NCBI GenBank assembly: GCA_973895155.1
Contig: OZ316895.1
Coordinates: 3,583,659 to 3,647,658, forward strand
Source: Marsupella aquatica
Taxonomy: Eukaryota > Plantae > Marchantiophyta
DNA length: 64,000 bases
Direction of reading: 5' to 3'
The notes under the pieces were generated by a model. That model had not been told where the DNA came from. It did no database searches and saw only the letters and a list, made by a program, of their open reading frames with translations. This document shows, one piece after another, positions 1 through 12,149 of this stretch; position 1 is the first letter of the stretch, and the number at the start of each line of letters is the position of its first letter. Position numbers and translations under genes: made by a program.

Positions 1-1412
1 TACAATGTCATGCTCTATAAGGCAAAGATCCCACACTGTTTTTTGTAATCTTGAAAGGAAAACTTAGGAAAGACTTACACTCCAATAAAGTAGGAAGTGA
101 ATGGCTGACCCACAGACCAGGCGGAAGCCAGCAACCATACCTAGTACCCAACTCAGACAGAAGTGATCAATGTACATATGTCTTCAAGCATTTAACAAGG
201 TGAACAACAGTTTTAGTGAAAACACAGGGTAAGTTAAGTTTTGCCCACAGACCTAAATTACACGAGAGTATTTTACAGCACAAAAGAAAGGAATAAATTG
301 ATCTGGTGGAAGTTCTGGCAAAGTCAAAGTCACCAGGTCTTTTGTTGTGAGCATAACCACTAGCAATGGGAGAAAGACCAAGGTGATTGCAATCACGGTG
401 GCAGGGCTTTGCAAAGCAGGAAGCAGTGAGCAAGACTGGAATAGGCCACCATGAGCCAAGAGAGAACATTGTGAGCAACATGAGAGCGAGCAGTGACGGT
501 TTATTTGTTTCTTGTGGTGTTTTTACTGTAACTCTTGTTTGCGAGTTGTATGGCGAGTCACCCCCTTTTTGCAGGCTCCTTTTATGGAGAACTCTATTGT
601 ATACTGCATGAACCACATGGCAATTAAACACATCCATGCTAGCTTTCTATTAGAGGGAATTAGAATTGAGCCTTAAATTTGTGTGACTGGGATGTTGTCT
701 ATTCAAGCACCCACTGTGGTTCTGACCTTCATGCCCAGTTACAGATGTTCGTTGTTGCTCATGGGCAGATGAAAATCTCATATTAAACTGAGAAAATATC
801 ATTCTTTTGTTGCCCTAGCACGTACACAGCATACTAAACTAGTCAACTTGCCATGTTAAGGACCATCAAGTTTGGCCATGGATCTTGTGATGGAACTTGG
901 CAGTTGTGTGATGCTCAGGCCATTCTCAATGTTGGCACCCCTAGTACTTTGTGAGTGGCAGAAGAGTACTTTTCCCCTGCAACCTAATATCCTCAAAAAT
1001 TGTCCATACTAACAGCTGATGCACAATTGATTTGTAGTGTATCTTCTCACCCTCTCTTTACATTCTTGAGGACTTCTGTACCCCAGTTTTATCATGCAGG
1101 CCTATGTAATGGCCATTGGTATTGCTATCCATGTCCCTGGCATGACCGCCAAGCCATCCGGTTCACCATGTGTTTTGCGCTTCTTGGCTTGGGTTTCCTT
1201 TGTCCAAGTTAGGGCCGTATTGAGTTAGATTATGTATACTATTAGTTTGGGGTGTTCTTGAAGCAAAGACTGTTTGTAATGGGCACCTTTGGCTTTGCCC
1301 CCTATTTAGTTTCAGTTTGGCTAAGTCTTCACTTGGTTTTTCTTGAATTATTTGTTGAGGTAGAGTACTTCAGCTGTAGCTCACCATCCCATACACAAAC
1401 TTAGACGGTGAA

Positions 1413-1553
1413 GTATCATGATTTATACTCCCGACCAAGCTTGGTATCTCTCCAATGTACATTTCAATCTCAGCACACTTGTGGTATCATGATTTATGCT
1501 CCCGACCAAGCTTGGCATCCCTCCAATGTACATTTCAATCTCAGCACACTTGT
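1413..1553. repeat. Tandem duplication, 2 x ~71 bp
   Basis: GTATCATGATTTAT(A/G)CTCCCGACCAAGCTTGG...CTCAGCACACTTGT occurs at 1413 and 1484. Confidence 0.9.
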
Positions 1554-3067
1554 TGCCATTCCGCCTTTCATTCAAGAAAAACTTGAGTCATCAATGAGGG
1601 GAAAAAAGTAGCAAAGTTTCCCCCTACATGGCGGTTCCGACACTTTCTGTCCATGCGGGTGCAAAAATTTCCAAAGAAAACCCTAGTGTGGTGTGAAGGA
1701 TGGCTTGTTTTCCAGTTGCCGTATACACTTGTTATCTTTGTATAATTAAGTATACATATCCAACCCTTCTGTTTCGCGTGGTTTTCCCTCCCCGCCGACG
1801 ATTCACGGCAACAGCGGCGGTGAAGCCCGACGGCTGCTTCCTCGCCGGTCGGCGTCGCGCGCAGCCCTTGTCGAGGAAACAGAGACGTCCTCCCCGCGAG
1901 TCTTTCCCGTTTCGCGAGACCGGCGACCGCGACCGCCGGCAGCCGTCACCTTCGCGAGGCCACGGCCCCGACGCCAGCCAGGTCCGCGCCCATTTTGGGG
2001 ACGGGGGGATTTTTTTTCCCGTTTTGGTTTCGGCCTTTTCCTCGTTTTTTGTGGTGTTCTGGTTTTTTGACTAGGAAGAAGGTTTTTCCCGTCTTTTTTG
2101 CTGGAGCTCCTTGTTTATGCACATCCCTGTTTGCCACATTGTCTGTTGGAGGGGCTTTCAGTGTTGCCACATTTTGTGACAGTTATTCTCTGTTGTTGTT
2201 TGCACTTAACTCTTGTAGGTTGTGCATGAACCTTGGAAGCTACTTAAATGCAATTTGCATTTGTGAAATTGCTCCCATCCTTGAGCTCTGTAAAATTTGA
2301 ATTTGAACTCCCGTAGAAGGATACAAAGACTTACACCTCCACTCTATACATTATGGCCACTTTCCCTTTGTTCTAAATCCCCGTCCAAATCTTGTGGATG
2401 TGATGGGTCTATGCTTTAGGGTGTGTTTGCGCCTTGGTTTATGCCATGATGTCCTGAGAATGTTGGATAGTGTATATGTTTGTTAGTATATGCATATAGC
2501 TCCTTCACAATGGGGCTAGATAGTCAGTATTATTTGACAAATATAGCCAAGAACTTATTATCGTTTTTGAAACAAAATCCTATCATCTGCAAGCCATATA
2601 TAGCCAACTTAGTGAGTTGTCCAGAAGTGGTGCCCCACCAATTATTCCTATCAGGTAGAGCCATGAGTCATTATCACACATACAGAGTCATAGCAACATT
2701 AGGTCTGGACTGACACTCAGCAACACTCTACTAGAAGCATCAGATGTGGTCAACTTTCTTAGCTCCCAGAGTCAAGGTCTTGAGGCTTCACTCTAGATTG
2801 TAGGGCCCAAAGAGCTGTTTTTGATTGAGTTTATACAATTAGATGGAAAGGAAAAACAGGGGTTCATCCAAGTCTACAAAATCGACCTTTGTATCTTTGA
2901 GGATTTTTCTTTCCTGTAACACATTTGTAAGTTGCATATATCCTTTCTGGTAAATGCACATTAAAACACGGCAGGATAGATTGAGTTGCGGCATGTGTCA
3001 TGTGATCACAAGCTGGACCATACCAAGATAAACCTAATTGTTTTGGTTATATCAGTGAATATTATAT

Positions 3068-3482
3068 GCGTGAGTTCTTTCTAAGTACAGCTCCTACTTT
3101 TTGATGTGCATTACCTGGACAAGTACCAGGACTCCAAATACATGGTGTGAGTTGTTGTTTTTAAGTGTAGCTGCTACTTTTTTATGTGCAATTACCAGTA
3201 CACTTACCAGGCAGCCAATTAGATAGGGTGAGTGTTTTTCTTTCTAGGTATAGCTGCTACCTTTTGATGTGCAACTACTCGGACAATTACCAGGGCGCCA
3301 AATAGATAGTGTGAGTGTTGTTCTTTTAAAAAGTATAGGTTGTGACTTTTTGATGTGGCAATTTCAGGGACAATTGCCGGGGTGCCAAATGATAGTGTGA
3401 GCATTGTTCTTCCTAAATATAGTGCTACTTTTCCGATGTGCAATTACCGTGACAATTGCCGGGGCGCCAAACTCATAATGTG
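3068..3482. repeat. Degenerate tandem repeat, ~5 x ~80 bp
   Basis: Recurring GTGAGT..TT..TAAG/GTATAG..GCTACTTTT..GATGTGCAATTACC..GACAATT.CC.GGG.GCCAAAT units. Confidence 0.8.
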
Positions 3483-3483
3483 T

Positions 3484-3779
3484 ATTATTATTATTATTTT
3501 ACACCCTACAAGTAACTGTAGGTAAACCGCACCCGCCCAACCGGGGTATAAAGCCCCGATCTGGGGCCGTCGGTTTCACACTCGGCAATCGCAAGCAGGG
3601 CGGGCGCCGATAGGCCGAAGGAAGGGAACTCCGAAGGATCGCCCGTTGCCAACTGAAAGACTCTGTACCGGCCCCCCGTCCGAGGGCCGCCCTCCCGCCG
3701 CCTCCTCATCGACCCCTCCTCATCGACCCCTGTGTGGGAATCGGGCTTCAGCCCCGAGAAGACGAGAGAGTAGTCTAGT
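3484..3779. other. GC-rich, highly self-complementary island of unknown function (candidate structured RNA or SINE-like insert)
   Basis: Nested stems GGGGCCG/CGGCCCC, TTTCA/TGAAA, GGCAA/TTGCC, GGGCG/CGCCC; flanking hairpins CCTACA/TGTAGG, CGGGG-TATAAAG-CCCCG and TCGGGC-TTCA-GCCCCGA; (TAT)n run at the left edge. Confidence 0.45.
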
Positions 3780-4133
3780 TAGTGAAGAGCAGAAACAGAA
3801 GAGAAGGGACGACGAGAGGAGACGAGAAGCACGAGAGGAAAGGGAAGGAAGAGGAGAGGAGAGACTGGACGGGAAGAAATTGGGGTGAGTGGCGTTGCAT
3901 CGAGCCAGCGAGACGTCGTCGATATCAGAGTAGGTGTCGCGTCTGCCGGGGTTTGCGCGCCAGGGTTCAATTGTGTTTGATGGCGATGAAAGGAAGAAGC
4001 TGGGCCATTTCTGTCTGACGAGGCGGGTCGGAATCCGCGTGAATTGGGTGTGGATTTCATGTACATTGGCTTCGGGTGGAAGAAAAACCATTTATTGCGT
4101 ACTCTGTAATTTGAGGCGAAGAAGAAAGAAATC

Positions 4134-4160
4134 GAAGAAGAAGAAGAAGAAGAAGAAGAA
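4134..4160 (+). repeat. (GAA)9 microsatellite in the probable SAT 5' leader
   Basis: Read directly from the sequence. Confidence 0.9.
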
Positions 4161-4493
4161 TAAAGGTCTCGTTACGATGGGAGGAGGCGTCTATATTCGG
4201 GACGGATTGATTTCTGGTCGATGAGGTTTGGATATTGAGCACTCCTCGACTTCACCGCGGTCCAGTGTCTGTCTCTTCCTGCTGCTGCTCCCTAGTTTGA
4301 CTACCAATCCGAGGAACATTTAATCGGCGCGTCTCGAGGAATTCGAAGGGACGAGAAAGCAGTTGTTGCTGCACTCCCCTGCTCTGTCCTAGGGTTCATT
4401 TTGAATTGAGTGATTGATCGATTCGAGTGATTGACTTGGTAGATTTGTGAGGAATTAGGTCTTGGTGGTGGGTGCCGTGTTGCAAGCCTCGAG

Positions 4494-5810
4494 ATGGCGA
4501 GGCTTTTTGAGCAGCCGAGCTGCTCCTCGCTGTCGAGTTCGACCGCATACTCGTCGTCCTTCACATCTCTCGGAGCCTTGAGCAACCGATCCAGCTTGGC
4601 CTGGGCGTCTTCTAGGTCTTTGGCATGCCCAACTTCGTCGTCTTCCGCTTCTTCGTCTTCGTCTTCGTCCAACTTGTCATGGGGGAGGAAGAAGCAGACG
4701 AAGCGAAGGAACAAAGCGGACCTCTTAGTACCGGCCTCGCTGCTGATGGAGGAGCGAGGGGGCTCCGGGAAAGAAACCGGTGTGGCCATGACGATTTTCA
4801 GAGAGAATTTGATCACCTCGTTCGAGCAGACTGGATTATGTAGAGAGGAGGAGCTTTTGGCGCAGCAGAATCGGCTCGGGGCCGACAATGGCAGCAGCAG
4901 CAGCAACAACGGAAACGGAAACGGCAGTGCGATAAGCAAAGCTGCCGAGGCCACAGAATCCACGAGAGGCACATCTCCGTCCGCAGCTGTAGCGGGGGAA
5001 GATAGAGTGTGGCTGGAAATGCGCGCTGAAGCACGCAAAGATTCGGATTCGGAGCCGGCTTTGGCGAGCTACTTGTACTCGACCATCTTGGCTCACAGAT
5101 CCTTAGAAAGAGCGCTTGCTTTTCACCTCGGAAACAAGCTGTCGAGCGCCACCTTCCTCAGCACTCAGCTCGTGAGTGTCTTCATCGACACAATTATGGA
5201 TGACCAAACGATCCGTGATAGCATTCGATTAGATATCATTGCTGTGAAAGAACGAGACCCGGCCTGCGTCTCCTACGCCCATTGCCTGGTCAACTTTAAG
5301 GGATTCCTGGCTCTTCAGGCGCATCGTGTGGCGCATCGGCTGTGGACTCAGGGGAGGCGGTCTTTGGCTCTGGCCATGCAGAGCAGAGTGTCCGAGGTTT
5401 TCCATGTAGATATTCATCCTGCCGCCGTGGTCGGGTTCGGAATTCTCTTCGATCATGCGACTGGAGTGGTGATCGGAGAAACTGCAGTCATAGGCAACAA
5501 TGTTTCGATCTTGCACCATGTCACTCTCGGTGGCACCGGTAAAACTGTCGGAGATCGGCATCCCAAGATTGGTGACGGAGTTTTGATTGGAGCTGGGGCA
5601 ACGATTTTGGGTCCCATTAAAGTAGGAGAGGGAGCTAAAATCGGGGCTGGCTCGGTAGTGTTGACGGACGTTCCCCCTCACACCACCGCGGTCGGGAATC
5701 CTGCCCGCCTTCTGGGTGGGACGAACGCTCCTAGAAAGAACAAGGACACTCCCAGCGAAACCATGGACCACACCTCGTTCATGTCTCATTGGTCAGATTA
5801 TGTGATTTGA
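4494..5810 (+). CDS. SAT: Serine O-acetyltransferase (SAT/CysE family), intronless, with a long Ser-rich N-terminal extension (probable transit peptide)
   Basis: EPALASYLYSTILAH, ERDPAC, FKGFLALQAHRVAH, VDIHPAA, DHATGVVIGETA, GGTGK..GDRHPKIG hexapeptide repeats; C-terminal WSDYVI, the OAS-TL-binding tail. The start codon is uncertain (alternative ATGs at 4746 and 4788). Confidence 0.97.
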   Translation: MARLFEQPSCSSLSSSTAYSSSFTSLGALSNRSSLAWASSRSLACPTSSSSASSSSSSSNLSWGRKKQTKRRNKADLLVPASLLMEERGGSGKETGVAMTIFRENLITSFEQTGLCREEELLAQQNRLGADNGSSSSNNGNGNGSAISKAAEATESTRGTSPSAAVAGEDRVWLEMRAEARKDSDSEPALASYLYSTILAHRSLERALAFHLGNKLSSATFLSTQLVSVFIDTIMDDQTIRDSIRLDIIAVKERDPACVSYAHCLVNFKGFLALQAHRVAHRLWTQGRRSLALAMQSRVSEVFHVDIHPAAVVGFGILFDHATGVVIGETAVIGNNVSILHHVTLGGTGKTVGDRHPKIGDGVLIGAGATILGPIKVGEGAKIGAGSVVLTDVPPHTTAVGNPARLLGGTNAPRKNKDTPSETMDHTSFMSHWSDYVI

Positions 5811-5911
5811 GCTAGAGTTTTAAATTATTCTCCCTTCATTTTTAGCAATAAACTGTTTTTTGAGCTTGGCCGGTGTCCGATCGATGTTCTCCGAGTGTCG
5901 TCTTCCACACC

Positions 5912-6340
5912 GAGGCCAGAGAAACGAACTCAACCCAAATGCCAGTTCTCCTCCTTTCTGCACCTCTCACCTCTCACTGAGTTCGTCTTCGATCCAGAGG
6001 CCAGAGAAACGAAGTTAACCCAAATGCCATGTCTCCTCCTTTCTGCACCTCTCACGTCTCACTGACAAGGCAGTTCTGATTTTCCTGCCCTCTGCAAATC
6101 TCCGACAAACAGCTCGACCAAAAGTGGAAATGAAGGAAGCCAGGGCAGATAAAGCAGACTTCCACAAATATGAACCCCTCAATCATTCTGTGCTGAGGAC
6201 CCTCTTCAGCAGTCCCAAAATTCTATCACAAATAGTCATTCTATGCAGACGACCATCTCCGGGAGTCCCAAAATTCTATCACAACTAATCATTCTACGCT
6301 GAGAACCCTCTTCAGTAGTCCCAAAATACTATCACAACTC
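5912..6340. repeat. Local duplications downstream of SAT: 2 x ~86 bp, then ~3 x ~53 bp
   Basis: GAGGCCAGAGAAACGAA..AACCCAAATGCCA..CTCCTCCTTTCTGCACCTCTCAC twice; TCATTCT...AGTCCCAAAAT(T/A)CTATCACAA three times. Confidence 0.8.
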
Positions 6341-7515
6341 TGAGCGCTTCCTGAAAAATATAAAACTTGATGTTGCTTGCAGTCATTACCCTCTACAGGA
6401 GTTCCAAAATCTTATCTCAAATTTGAACGTTTCTCTGGAAAAACCAGATCTTCATGTTGCCTCCGAATCGAGACTCCAAATTTGAGAACGGATATTACCC
6501 AAAAAATCAGATTCTTCTTCTACCTCCTATAAAACGCTACTAATTGGGATTCTGTCAGAAATGCACATATCACCCAAGATCATATTCGACTTTACGTAAA
6601 ATGCCACACATTTTGGGAGTCATTCAGGAATGCAACTTCCAGACTCGATCTTTGAGAAGAGATGTGTCCCCAAATTAGATTCCATTTGATTTGAAATGGT
6701 ACTAATTGGCACTAACTCAGGAACAATTCTTCAGAAGCTCAAAGATTGGAGAAGTAAATTGGTGTTGCTTTACAGCACCTGCAGTTCACATGCAAGAACT
6801 GTTCATGGCAGGACGTTCCCTACCCCTAATGAAGAAAAAATGATCGAGACATTTTCGGTTTGTCAAATGGAGAGGCAGCGTTCCCTACCACAATGTAAAA
6901 AGCAAATTTCGGTTGGTCAAAGAGACACTTTCAGTTGCCAAGAGACAGGTAGCACTATCTACTCCAATCTGAACGCAGATTTCCGGTTGGCCAATGAGAG
7001 GGTAGCAAGGAGGGACATCTCGAAAAGTATTTCCCACGTATATCCAATCAGCATCTGCATAGTCATCTCGCAAACGTCGTCTGGTGACGTGAGCCAGGTG
7101 TCCATCATTGGCACCAGGGCGTCTTTCCTAACTTTGCCACTCGTCTGCCTTCGTGCCTGGCCAACATTGATGTATTTGGTAGTAACGGAACTTGCCTTGT
7201 AACTTATGACAAATTCCTGTATTGTTATAACTTAGATACTTACTGAGGTTCCTGACTGTAACTCGAGTCCTGATCTGTAAATCACATCCATATACTCTTT
7301 GACCTTCTCTCCAAACCTGTCGTCATGTATACCCTTAGTTTGCTATCCACACTCCACAGTTTATGCACGGATGATGTTCTGCCATGCAGCTGGTGTACTC
7401 ACATCCATTCACTCTTTGACCTTCACTCCAAACCTGTCGTCATGTATACCATTTGCTGTCCACACTACACAGATGATGTTCTGCCATGCGGCTGAAGTAT
7501 ATCACAATCCCGGAT

Positions 7516-10181
7516 TCAATCACAGGTTTCCATATCCAGGTTTTCGTCTCTGGGGATGCTGTAGGTTGCCCATGTGGACCCGTCTCCTGCAACAAAACTC
7601 ACTCGTGAAACCCTCAGAGAAAATCGCTTTCGAGCAAAAGACATGGGAGACAATAGTACTGCCAGAATTTACCTGATGCAAGTAAAGCAGGTTGAAGAAA
7701 TTTTAGAAAGACAACTTCCAGTTGCCTGTCGTATCGTAAATGCCCATAAAATTTCAATGGATCTGCTTGTCCTCAGTGGGCCCAGTTTCAGTAAATCTGA
7801 AATGGCAGTTATGAATGAACAGCGTAGTACCGTACCTCAGAGAAAGTGTGGTCCTCTACAGTGACGCGATACGAAGTTCTGACATTAGAGATATGGTGAG
7901 AGGGAATCCGAATTGGGGATCGACATTGACCAGATTCAATGAACTTGCCTCATGAAGATCATTAAGGGCTGCACAAAGAGGTGGACCCCTACTTGTCGAT
8001 AATGGTTATTCCGATGCTTCCGATAAAGTATCCAATATCTCAAGTAGCCTAACTGCATCTCACTGTACTCTCGGAAAATGAACTCCTTGTCCTGGACAAT
8101 GGCACCGTGCAATGAGCCATCTCCACCCGGGTCTCCACCCCTGTGGGCCCGAATGTACGTACCCGAATCAATGGACAGGGCAACGCACTCCGGATTATGA
8201 AGTCCTTCCCTATACAGCCCAACGGTACCGTGTAATTATGCGTGATGTCCAGACCTGTGGGTCCGAATGAATGGACAGAAGGAGCAATGCGACGTATCGC
8301 TGTTGTGAAATTCACGCAAGTGCAATTTTGTTTCGCAGAGCCCTGTTGAGATCCATGAGATACAAAATAGCGGTCCCTTTCCGTTGTGCTCCGCTAGAGG
8401 CCCAACGAGCCATACTTTTCTTACCCAAAATTTCGGTTTGGCCCACGTCGACTCCTCAATGCTGATGTACAGTAACATATGGATTTTGAATACTCTCTGT
8501 AGAGACTTACTTGACCATTGGCTTCACCGTCTGCTTCATCGATCATCACTGTATATGTCTTAAACGAAAACCATTTCGAATGCCCCCTATTGTAAACAGG
8601 TTGAATACAGAGAGCTGATGAGCGTCAGTCTCTCAGAACCAAAGGTCTAGAGAAGGCAGGGATCCTTGAATTCTTGTTCGACAGCGCACTTTTTGAATAG
8701 ATCTGCTAGAAAAGATGAAATTCCGTAAGCAAATGGAAAATATGAGCTATCCTCGAAACAGTAGTCCTATTCCATAACGCCCAGGATAGCCGCCCTGCCA
8801 ATTGGCCGTCGAGGATCCTCTCACGCCTCTCTGGGGAAGAATCCCATCACGTGCGTTGCCGTGCCATAGCTAACTACTGATGGGTAGATCTTGGTTGGCT
8901 GTAGTCTCGTAGTTGGGATGGATAGATAGTGTCCTCACCTATCGGTCCAGTACTGTACGCTTACAGAGCTTCACCGAAGACATGATCCCATACCCAAGAC
9001 AACACTCAACACAAATATCTCCCATTTGTATTCATCGATTGCAATTGTTTGCGAATATTAGTACAATAGCAGTACTGTACTGTGGAGACGTAAGAGTCAT
9101 GTGGACGGGTGAGACGTTGTCCTGTGTATGAAGAGCATAGTTGTGGATGAGCTGAAGAATCGGCGTCAACTTCGCCATTCAGGGCTCTGAGGATGCCATG
9201 CCTGGATCACTCCTAAGTACAGTGCATGTACCAACCGCAGCACAGCCTTGAATTTCTTTTTGGCTCCAATTGAATTGAAGATGCTTACAAATTTGCCATG
9301 AAGGGCTGGGGCATAGTACCATGCTCGCTTGAATATCGATGACTCGGCGTGCGTGCATCAATCGTAGTGCAGCCCAGAAGTTTCACGTTTTGCCTGGAAA
9401 GATCTCAGTGAATTCCTGTCAGTAAAATAGAATACAGCTAGGGGCCCCAGAAAGGCGAAGCTCAGAGCGGAGGAGTTTCAAGTTTTGCTCCAATTGCACA
9501 AACCTCACAAACACATTCAAGCAGCCGGAGAAGGAAATACTCTTGATCGGGTGACGCTCATGTACGATACGTGTGGTATGTGGCAAGAACTGCAAACTGA
9601 TGATGAGCAGATTTGGTGGAGTCATCTCATTCAGTCAAACTTATTGATCGATTCTTGTGGCCAACGAATGCTGGATTAGTATGCATCCCTTATCCACGAC
9701 AAAATGTCATTCAAGCTCACGTCGGAAGTTCGACGAGCGTCAAGGCCTGCCCAGGTCTCGGAAATGAACTCAGGACAGTACCACACATTCCAGGCGAATT
9801 TCAACACCGTGCTCCAGTCTGGAAACATATTAGTAGTTTTTGTCTGAGAACTTCAATCTGCTCAGTCTGGGAAAGGATGTACCCCTCTTCTTCGTACATT
9901 GCAAGCTGAACGGATCTGCGCTTGAGGCAGAGTTATAAAACGAGAACCCGATTTTCTGATCGTTCTGTCTTGTGCGCGCAGCTCTTCGCCCAGCACGTCC
10001 TAGATCGATTGTTATCGATCGACGTTCATTTCCATCTTGTGTTGGAGTCACGCACCAATTACAGTTGCTCGTCATTTCCCTGTCGCAAGAATGTACGTAC
10101 CTGATCCAGCCGGCCTGACTCCACTTCCCCAACTCAGATGTCTCAAGGTAGGCTCCTCTCACAAACCTCATCCCTGAACTC
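7516..10181 (-). pseudogene. Divergent multi-exon C2-domain-like gene, probably a pseudogene
   Basis: GT-AG exons 10181-10101, 9905-9883, 9746-9721, 9589-9504 and 9393-9320 splice in frame to MRFVRGAYLETSELGKWSQAGWISLQCTKKRGLDARRTSDFLPHTTRIVHERHPIKSISFSGCLNVFVRQNVKLLGCTTIDARTPSHRYSSEH. The next exon (from 9212) gives GVIQAWHP, then LRALNGEV only after a frameshift. Further exon-like pieces run down to ~7516 and are less certain. Confidence 0.5.
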
Positions 10182-10287
10182 CTGCAACAATATCATAGTA
10201 AGAGTGAGCTTCACGATTGATATGTCCTCGTCACGGTGAGCCCGGCCAGTGATTGACTCCGGATAGCGGGAATTGTAGCTGGCTGCA

Positions 10288-10433
10288 AGTCTGCAACATC
10301 GTCGTCCGTGAGTGCCTGAGCACAGTCCGGTAATTCTCGACCTTTTGAGCAATGAGTTACTAGTCTGCAACATCGTCGTCTGTGAGTGCCTTATCACAGT
10401 CCGGTAATTCTCTAACTTTTGAGCAATGAGTTA
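10288..10433. repeat. Tandem duplication, 2 x 74 bp
   Basis: AGTCTGCAACATCGTCGTC.GTGAGTGCCT...CACAGTCCGGTAATTCTC.A.CTTTTGAGCAATGAGTTA at 10288 and 10362. Confidence 0.9.
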
Positions 10434-10894
10434 TTCTTTTGCCCTTACAGCAGCACCATCGGTAGCCTACAGTGCTGATTAATTAGCTTGTTGGAGCCAT
10501 GTAATATACGTTAGGATTTGAGGACCGGAAACAACTGATCTATTTAGTTCATCAAGACAGCTCCCAAATTCAGGAGTCTTTACAGAAGACGATAAGACGT
10601 GGCTGCTCCTCCAACTTCCTTCGTAACAGTTGCGTGCGATAATTTACATGTTTTCCGAGATTTTTTCTTTCTCAATCATAGAGATTGAGTCCGTCGCGCT
10701 TTACATTTCCACTACAATAGACGGTACTCCTCAGTCTACTTAGTAGTGACGAGTTTGTCAATCTCCATCACTGACTAAATGTGTGAATCGCACTTACAAT
10801 TCCCGTCCAGATGACAGCACTCGCACTCTGGATAGTAGTGACATACCCCTCGTTCCCCATCATTCAATTCCGCTTAGCACTCAGGTGACGACAA

Positions 10895-11155
10895 AGGTTT
10901 TCTCTAAAGGTGAGTGTCTTCCGTCGCTCTCCACCATCGAATGTGAGTGAATCGAAAAATTATTCTCTAAGGTGAGGCTGTCTCTGTCGCTCTCCATCAT
11001 TGAATGGGAGTGAACCGAAACAAATATTCTCTGTAAGGTGAGACTGTCGTCTGCCGCTCGCTCTCCATCATTGAATGTGAGGTGATCGGAAAAATTATTC
11101 TCCAAAGGTGAGTCTGTCTTCTGTTCGCTCACCATCATTGAATACGAATGAATCG
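10895..11155. repeat. Minisatellite, ~4-5 x ~60 bp
   Basis: Recurring AAAATTATTCTC..AAGGTGAG.CTGTC....TCGCTCTCCATCATTGAATG.GAGTGAA units. Confidence 0.85.
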
Positions 11156-12149
11156 CGCTTCCGGTTCCTGCGTGTTATTCAGCCAAAACCGTGAACACGC
11201 CTGATGGACCTACGGACGTTCAGAAGCAAAGATCCCTCGAGCTATATAGCCTGATTGCATGGGCTATACGGTACTGCTACAATGTATGCATGATCTAAGT
11301 AAAGGGAGTTTTTCGTTGCGTGGGCAAAGTATTGAAGCTCCTGTTCAAGAAAAAAACGAAGAGAGTGAAATTACAAGTGATCGAGATCATTAGATCGATC
11401 TCCCTCTCCATCGCACTTACAAACACAGAATGGAAGTCGTTCTGTCGCCCCGCATCACTGAGTGACTCAATTGCATTTCGATTCTCGTACTGAAGAAACT
11501 AATACTCTACTGAAAGGTAAACCTTGTCTCCCCTCTCCATCACAACTCCTGCGTAAACGACAATTCGACGGGTCAATACTTCAACCTGCCAAAAAACAAG
11601 CAGAAGCGTGATATATGCAGCGACGAAGGAACTAGGGCACGTCCAGACTCGAAAGAAAAAACAGCGTGTTGCCAGCTCCTGCACTACTCCTACGCAGTAT
11701 ACAAAATCGAAGTTAGAATCGGGGGAGTCTTTCATTGAGGAGGAGCTTGTCGATCGATAAAACTTCGAGCGACCCACAATTGAATCGAACGATTGATCGA
11801 TCAATTGCTCGTCGTGATTGAGTCCCCAAGCTTTTTCCTGTTGCTCAGACTTGACACAGAGGTACAGTAGTGTACAGGTGCATCTGTACCTGAACCTGTA
11901 CGAGAGAGATCTAACGGCTGCGGTTTGCTGCATGCTTCTGGAGGGATATTCTGGCCGTAGATTCTTGTAGTAGGAATGCATCGGTTCAAATTTGCGGGAG
12001 GCAGGGCTGTTCGTTTGTTTGTTCGGCAAGGAAGGAAACTTAGGGCTGGGTGGAAGTGACTCCAGTCAATGAACCTGGGAACCACCAAGTGACTCGAGTC
12101 ACTGAATTTGGGAACCACCTGGCTTGCTTCCATTGAGTGCTTGTCTCTC

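Noticed and set aside
3563-3675. SAM-I riboswitch, SRP RNA or RNase MRP resemblance upstream of SAT (GGCAA..TTGCCAA..CTGAAAGA; AGGCCGAAGGAAG; AAAGCCCCG/TCGGGCTT)
   Set aside because: It lacks the SAM-I AUC.AGAG/P2 kink-turn, the SRP AGCAG motif and the bulged U of P4; kept only as an unassigned structured island
4301-5038. 245-aa antisense ORF over SAT, and 5229-5789
   Set aside because: Shadow frames of a GC-rich, low-complexity coding strand
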